This document shows positions 56,089 through 64,000 of a DNA stretch of 64,000 nt, in pieces. Within the stretch, counting starts at the first letter, position 1; each line of letters opens with the position of its first letter. Source of the DNA: a virus (Duplodnaviria; Caudoviricetes). Where the stretch lies: the IMG/VR virus record IMGVR_UViG_3300009183_000045; one strand, written 5' to 3'. The position numbers were made by a program, and so were the translations under genes. A model generated the notes under the pieces. It worked only from the letters and a program-made list of their open reading frames with translations. It ran no database searches and was not told where the DNA came from.

Positions 56089-57147
56089 TTAAGATGCAAG
56101 TTTGAGATAAAGTTCATTCAAGTATTCATAAGTCTCATCTTTATGAGATATATCTAATGCTTGAATAAAATCTAAAATATTTTTAGTAATGTCTACAGAA
56201 TCAAAAGAATTATCTGAGTCATTTAAAGTTAAATCTTTATCTGCAATTTTATAATCTAATCTAAAAAATTGAGGTTTAAGTTTTTGCAATTTAGAAGATA
56301 TTAGACTAATTTCTTCTGGGGTTATATCTACATCAATTAAAAGACATACAATATTTCCAGTTACATTAGTTTTTATATAATCAGATGGTAATTCTTTAGA
56401 TAGAATTTTTGCCAAAGATAATTTGATGTGTTTAGGAGATACTGTATTTTCTATAAATTCAAATTTATTGGTAATAAGATCTAAAATATAAATGCCCCTT
56501 TCTTCATCAACATCTCCAAAATTTTGTTGGTAAGGACTACCCAAATATAGAATCTCTCCATTTTCATATTCACGATGAGTTCTTTTATGAAAATGACCAG
56601 TTATTACAAATTTTGATTTATTTAAAAGATCTGCAGATGACATACCGTGATCACATGTAGAGTGATTGTTCATCTTAAAACTTTTAATTTCAAAATGGCC
56701 TACAATATAATCCATATCTCCTGGTATGGATTTGATGTCGGTGCCCCAAGGAACCATACACAGTTGTTTTGTGGAATTAACTACTTGAAAAATGTGAGGA
56801 ATTTTATCAATGACTGTAATATTGTTCCAACCATCAAATAAAGATATAGAATTAACGTCGCTACGTTCTTTGTAATAGCAGTCATGATTACCCGTAGAGA
56901 TAAAAATTTTAAAATCACTTAATATGTCAAAAAATTGTTTTGCAGTACTTAAAGTGTTAACAGATATTTCATTTCTATTATGAAAAATATCTCCCGGGAT
57001 TAAAATTTCATTAATTCCATTTTTACTATAAACTTCTGAAGCCCAGGTTGCAAAATTTAATATGTTAGAGTGCCACGCAAGGCTGTCTTGACCCAAACCT
57101 ATGTGTATGTCGGAAAATATTCCTATACGTGACCCCTTAATTTTCAT
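56089..57147 (-). CDS. gp47: recombination nuclease (SbcD/Mre11-like)
   Basis: SDIHIG, PGDIFHNR, GNHDCY, VGHFE, TGHFH, YLGSPYQ.NFGD and RG.Y. Confidence 0.95.
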   Translation of the reverse strand: MKIKGSRIGIFSDIHIGLGQDSLAWHSNILNFATWASEVYSKNGINEILIPGDIFHNRNEISVNTLSTAKQFFDILSDFKIFISTGNHDCYYKERSDVNSISLFDGWNNITVIDKIPHIFQVVNSTKQLCMVPWGTDIKSIPGDMDYIVGHFEIKSFKMNNHSTCDHGMSSADLLNKSKFVITGHFHKRTHREYENGEILYLGSPYQQNFGDVDEERGIYILDLITNKFEFIENTVSPKHIKLSLAKILSKELPSDYIKTNVTGNIVCLLIDVDITPEEISLISSKLQKLKPQFFRLDYKIADKDLTLNDSDNSFDSVDITKNILDFIQALDISHKDETYEYLNELYLKLAS

Positions 57148-57149
57148 AT

Positions 57150-57788
57150 TTAATAATTGTTGCTTTGAGATATTCTTAATTGATTGTTCTTAACAACTGT
57201 TTTATAGTTTTCAGAAAATAACATTAATTCATTTTGATACTTTTCATGGGTATCTCTCAAGTGTTTTTCTTTTTTAATTCTATTACGGAAAGCATTAAAA
57301 GCAATGCGTGTAAAGTAAGAAAATGGATTTGAGCCCTTGGCGTGATCATATTTTTTAGAAGTTAATGCTTTAAACATGCGTATTATGCCGTCTCCCACCA
57401 TTTCTTCTCTGTATGTATAGTTGATAAAATTTGGTGCATAACTTAATTTGTTGGCAATTTTACTAACCATCAATGCCAAATTATCTGACATATGACCAGA
57501 CTTATAATAATCAATGATCTCGGTGTCAAATTCAACGGGATTTACGTAGAATTTTTCCTTATCAGTTGGTTTTTTCTTTTTAATGACCTCTTTAACTATT
57601 ATTTTTTCTTCTTCCTCTTCATCTTCTTCTATATCCTCATCATTATCATCTTCATCATCTTCTTCATCGTGTGAAGAAGGATGATCATATCCTAAAAATT
57701 CAGCCTCTTCTTGGGTATAAACAATTTCTGTGACGTCTTCATTTTCTAGAGAGGCCTTCTTACGAGATTTCCGTTTCGGTGTATTCAT
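57150..57788 (-). CDS. gp55: T4-like late sigma factor
   Basis: FYVN..EF, IA..LS..PNFINYTYREEM.GDG and NPFSYFT.IAFNAF.NRIKKEK. Confidence 0.9.
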   Translation of the reverse strand: MNTPKRKSRKKASLENEDVTEIVYTQEEAEFLGYDHPSSHDEEDDEDDNDEDIEEDEEEEEKIIVKEVIKKKKPTDKEKFYVNPVEFDTEIIDYYKSGHMSDNLALMVSKIANKLSYAPNFINYTYREEMVGDGIIRMFKALTSKKYDHAKGSNPFSYFTRIAFNAFRNRIKKEKHLRDTHEKYQNELMLFSENYKTVVKNNQLRISQSNNY

Positions 57789-59199
57789 ATTTTTCTAATT
57801 TGTATATTTTCTTTCTTTCTTCAACGTGTTTTTTGCCGTATTTGGTATTATCTGCAATATCAAATATTACAGCTTCTGATTTGGTGTGGTGAAGGCGCAA
57901 TACCCTACCAATGGATTGCATAATTTTTATCTTAGCTTTCCCGGCCGATGCAAAAATAATGTTGTGTAAATTAGGTATATTAATACCCGTACTAAAAATC
58001 TTAGAAATTGCAATAACTATAACATCACGGCGATCATCCATGAGTGTTCTTATTTTTTCCCTGTCCTCCATCTCTGTGGAACCTTGAATAAAATACACTG
58101 GTCTCAATGGAGTGGATGTAGGTGTCGTGAGTTCTAGTAGTTTATTGTAAAGGTTAATGCCGTGTTCAATACGGTCAACCATTATTAAAGTGTTTTCCTT
58201 TAACTTGAGAGATAAATTTGTAATAATTTCATTACGTCTTGCGTTAGCTTGTAAAAATTCTAATTCTTGCTGAAAAGCAAGAGCCGGTTGTGTTAAATCT
58301 AATTCTATATTAGGTAATACAGAATGAATAACTTTTAATATAATAATCTTAAAATTAGAAATATAAGATTGTTCCTTTAAGGTGTGGGTTTTTTGTTCAT
58401 AGGTAATAGGACCTATCTTGCCCACTATATTCCATTGATCGATTTTAGAGGATGGCATTGTTCCTGTAAATCCAAATTTAAATGGTGTATTAATAAATTT
58501 TAAAACATCATTTATTTTATTGCCTCTTTTTAAAGAATGAACTTCATCTACTAATAAAACATTAAAATCACTTAAAACTGATAAATCTGTTTTTTCTGAC
58601 ATTAAAATCTGTGTGCCCGCAACTACTATATCTGAAAAAGAATTATATTCATTATCACCTGACCACTTAGAAACATTTTTTAATCCATATTCTAAAAAGT
58701 CATTAGTGGTCTGCTCTACAAGTTGTATAGAAGGCACCAAAACTAATGTTTTAACTACCTCTTTTATTAAAGGTGTTATACTTTTAATAACACCCGCCAT
58801 TATTAAAGTTTTTCCTCCCGCTGTTGGGATGACTGTTACTCCCCTGCCCTGTTTTAATGATGTATAAATGCTCTTTTCTTGATAATCTCTGTATTGTTTA
58901 TTATCAAAAGATAAAATCATAGGAAATTCAAATCCTGGGTTGTATATATATTTTATTTCCTGGCTAACCTTATACTGATAATGATTTAGATCTAAAAATG
59001 ATAAAAGTTCTCCTAAAAGACCAGTATCAAATTTTCCCTGTGGAGTAATTGAATATAAACGAGTTGGTGTAAAGTGTGAACATCCCCTCCTGTATGAGGG
59101 GTTAGAAATAGAAAAATTCTCTCTAATTAAAGAGAGAATATCCTTTTCACAAATTATTTGAATTTGTTTATCTTTATTAACAAGAGAGAATTCAATCAT
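57760..59199 (-). CDS. uvsW: SF2 DNA helicase
   Basis: RDYQ, PTAGGKT, LVP...LV.Q, VDEVH, FGFTGT, STGINIPNLH and QSIGRVLR. Confidence 0.95.
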   Translation of the reverse strand: MIEFSLVNKDKQIQIICEKDILSLIRENFSISNPSYRRGCSHFTPTRLYSITPQGKFDTGLLGELLSFLDLNHYQYKVSQEIKYIYNPGFEFPMILSFDNKQYRDYQEKSIYTSLKQGRGVTVIPTAGGKTLIMAGVIKSITPLIKEVVKTLVLVPSIQLVEQTTNDFLEYGLKNVSKWSGDNEYNSFSDIVVAGTQILMSEKTDLSVLSDFNVLLVDEVHSLKRGNKINDVLKFINTPFKFGFTGTMPSSKIDQWNIVGKIGPITYEQKTHTLKEQSYISNFKIIILKVIHSVLPNIELDLTQPALAFQQELEFLQANARRNEIITNLSLKLKENTLIMVDRIEHGINLYNKLLELTTPTSTPLRPVYFIQGSTEMEDREKIRTLMDDRRDVIVIAISKIFSTGINIPNLHNIIFASAGKAKIKIMQSIGRVLRLHHTKSEAVIFDIADNTKYGKKHVEERKKIYKLEKYEYTETEIS

Positions 59200-59597
59200 T
59201 AGGTTGTCTCCAATTTATTAATTTCTATGATATTTTTTATATCATAGGTCATAGATCTGAGTATAGTCTCCACTTTTTCAAGATATTCAATCAAGAGTTC
59301 TGTTTCTTCTATGTCCTGATTGATTTTTTGTATAGTATCTGAATTTTCTATCTTCTTTTCTAAAGAGGCTTTAGGAATTCCGTTGGGAATGCCTTGTTCT
59401 TCTAAAGAAGAAAATACAGCTAGTTTAGACATTCTTTTTTTTCTTTCTAAACCATTAAGGTATCGCTTTTGTTCAATCAAGCGAAAAACCCATTTATGCT
59501 TAATTGAAGGAAGAGTCAATTGCTTCTGAGAAAGATTTAATTCATCAATTCTGGTGTCTTCTTTAAGTTCTTGACTAAGTTTATCAAAATCTAACAT
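59199..59597 (-). CDS. uvsY: recombination mediator
   Basis: D.RIDE.NL.....P..KHKW, LEKVE.I...MTYDIKNIIE..KLE; adjacent to uvsW. Confidence 0.75.
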   Translation of the reverse strand: MLDFDKLSQELKEDTRIDELNLSQKQLTLPSIKHKWVFRLIEQKRYLNGLERKKRMSKLAVFSSLEEQGIPNGIPKASLEKKIENSDTIQKINQDIEETELLIEYLEKVETILRSMTYDIKNIIEINKLETT

Positions 59598-59627
59598 AAA
59601 TATTAATATCTTTTATTATAATCCCTT

Positions 59628-59843
59628 ATGTCCACAAAATTTCAACAATTATTTTTACAACTCATGGAGGACAACTCAGCGGCTCCAGGAGGTGCTTTTG
59701 GACCCAATGACGCATGGTCTCCCGAAAATATCCCCAATAATGACACAAGAGCCACTATGTCTGTGGTAAACTGGGGAAAAGGAAAAAAAGAAAAAAAGAA
59801 AAAATTTCCGTTGATAAAAAGAAATTTGAATAGATCTTTATAA
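59628..59843 (+). CDS. small hypothetical protein
   Basis: 71 aa; stop is coupled to the next ATG (TAATG). Confidence 0.6.
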   Translation: MSTKFQQLFLQLMEDNSAAPGGAFGPNDAWSPENIPNNDTRATMSVVNWGKGKKEKKKKFPLIKRNLNRSL

Positions 59844-60268
59844 TGGCAACGGAAGAAACCACAGGACATTGGATATTATCCGATGGAATAATAATAAATG
59901 AATTAACCTTTGGCTTTATATATGAAATTACTAATAATATAGAAAATAAAATATATATTGGTAAAAAACAATGTAATTCTAGAATTAAAAGAAAACCATT
60001 AAAAGGAAAAACTAGAAATAGAATAGATTATAAAGAATCAGATTGGAAGACCTATACAAGTTCTTCGGAAAATTTAAATAATGATATTTTACGCCTAGGA
60101 AAAGAAAATTTTACATTCAAAATAATTAGAACAGGCACCTGTAAGTGGGAATTAGCGTATTATGAGGCTAAAGAACAATTTGATCGCAATGTTCTCTTTC
60201 AAAAAAATTATTACAATGGTATTATAAACTTAAGAATTGGTTCACCTCCTAAAAATTTAACAACTTAA
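59843..60268 (+). CDS. compact GIY-YIG (Seg-like) nuclease
   Basis: FGFIYEITN....K.YIGKK, W..Y..SS, F...I....E, YYN..I. No appended DNA-binding domain. Confidence 0.8.
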   Translation: MATEETTGHWILSDGIIINELTFGFIYEITNNIENKIYIGKKQCNSRIKRKPLKGKTRNRIDYKESDWKTYTSSSENLNNDILRLGKENFTFKIIRTGTCKWELAYYEAKEQFDRNVLFQKNYYNGIINLRIGSPPKNLTT

Positions 60269-60269
60269 T

Positions 60270-60809
60270 ATGTCACAATCACACTGTATATACTGCAATT
60301 CAGATTCTTTTGGAGTTCCTTGTTTGTTTTCTCCTACTAATACTCATGTACATATGGGAGAAGCTTCTAAATGTATATACTGTGGTTCAACCTCTGTTGG
60401 AAGTGGTTGTTTGTATAATCCTTATAATAAAATACACACCAGAGGGCCGGAATTTTTAAATAGATCTAATATACAGGCAGAAAGGGCTTTAATATTAAAT
60501 TATATAACAGACCAAATAACACAGGAGAATTCTTTAGATTATTTATCTCCTCTAGACAGATTTTATAAAAGAATTTCGTACATAATATCACACACTTCTG
60601 AACCTTTAATGGAAGCTCTTTCTTTACAAGAAACTCCAGTTTATTCTTCAGTAGAAAAATCTCATTTAATAAAGGCTTATAAATTAAAGATGGAAATTGT
60701 GCAAATTCTTGAAAATTTAAGAGAAGTGATTAAAGATGCCAGTTTAAGCATCACTCCAGAACTTGTAGAAGAAACTATATTAGATGCTATTATATCCGCT
60801 CAGGAATAA
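60270..60809 (+). CDS. hypothetical protein with two tandem Cys/His motifs
   Basis: HCIYCNSDSFGVPCLFSPTNTHVH and KCIYCGSTSVGSGCLYNPYNKIH. Confidence 0.75.
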   Translation: MSQSHCIYCNSDSFGVPCLFSPTNTHVHMGEASKCIYCGSTSVGSGCLYNPYNKIHTRGPEFLNRSNIQAERALILNYITDQITQENSLDYLSPLDRFYKRISYIISHTSEPLMEALSLQETPVYSSVEKSHLIKAYKLKMEIVQILENLREVIKDASLSITPELVEETILDAIISAQE

Positions 60810-60818
60810 ATATAGTAT

Positions 60819-64000
<3,182 letters not shown>

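Noticed and set aside
8167-59869. Numerous 60-150 aa ORFs antisense to or overlapping long genes (e.g. 8167-8415, 15187-15627, 27845-28129, 33041-33475, 41471-41746, 59642-59869)
   Set aside because: They are nested in well-supported genes and have no motifs or independent expression signals.
59843-60268. GIY-YIG ORF as a mobile homing endonuclease
   Set aside because: Catalytic domain only, translationally coupled within a late-strand operon and not interrupting any gene; more likely a resident nuclease.

Overview
AT-rich 64-kb segment of a large T4-related myovirus-type phage genome, read with the standard genetic code; no tRNA, rRNA or CRISPR array was found. Left end: nrdA fractured by a split intein, with a probable homing endonuclease running off the edge. 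5-29 kb: neck, tail sheath/tube and baseplate module, with the large terminase (class-3-type LAGLIDADG intein) embedded in it. 29-59.6 kb, minus strand: T4-like replication/recombination cluster (gp45, gp32, gp41, uvsX, gp43, gp46/47, gp55, uvsW, uvsY). It is interleaved with thyX, a 7-deazaguanine DNA-modification set (folE2, queD, queE, TGT-fold dpdA-like; no queC in the window) and about ten glycosyl/methyltransferase genes. Right end: an open-ended collagen-like fibre gene of more than 1000 codons that is absent from the ORF track. Most striking: the family-B DNA polymerase is cut in two just after the ExoI motif by a MobE-like HNH gene. No intein or group I intron is recognisable, and the cut lies inside a ~54-aa non-canonical insert shared between the two halves. 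Promoter-like motifs sit 4-7 nt upstream of many start codons and no Shine-Dalgarno signals were seen, suggesting widespread leaderless translation. Family assignments come from motifs read by eye; no database searches were run.
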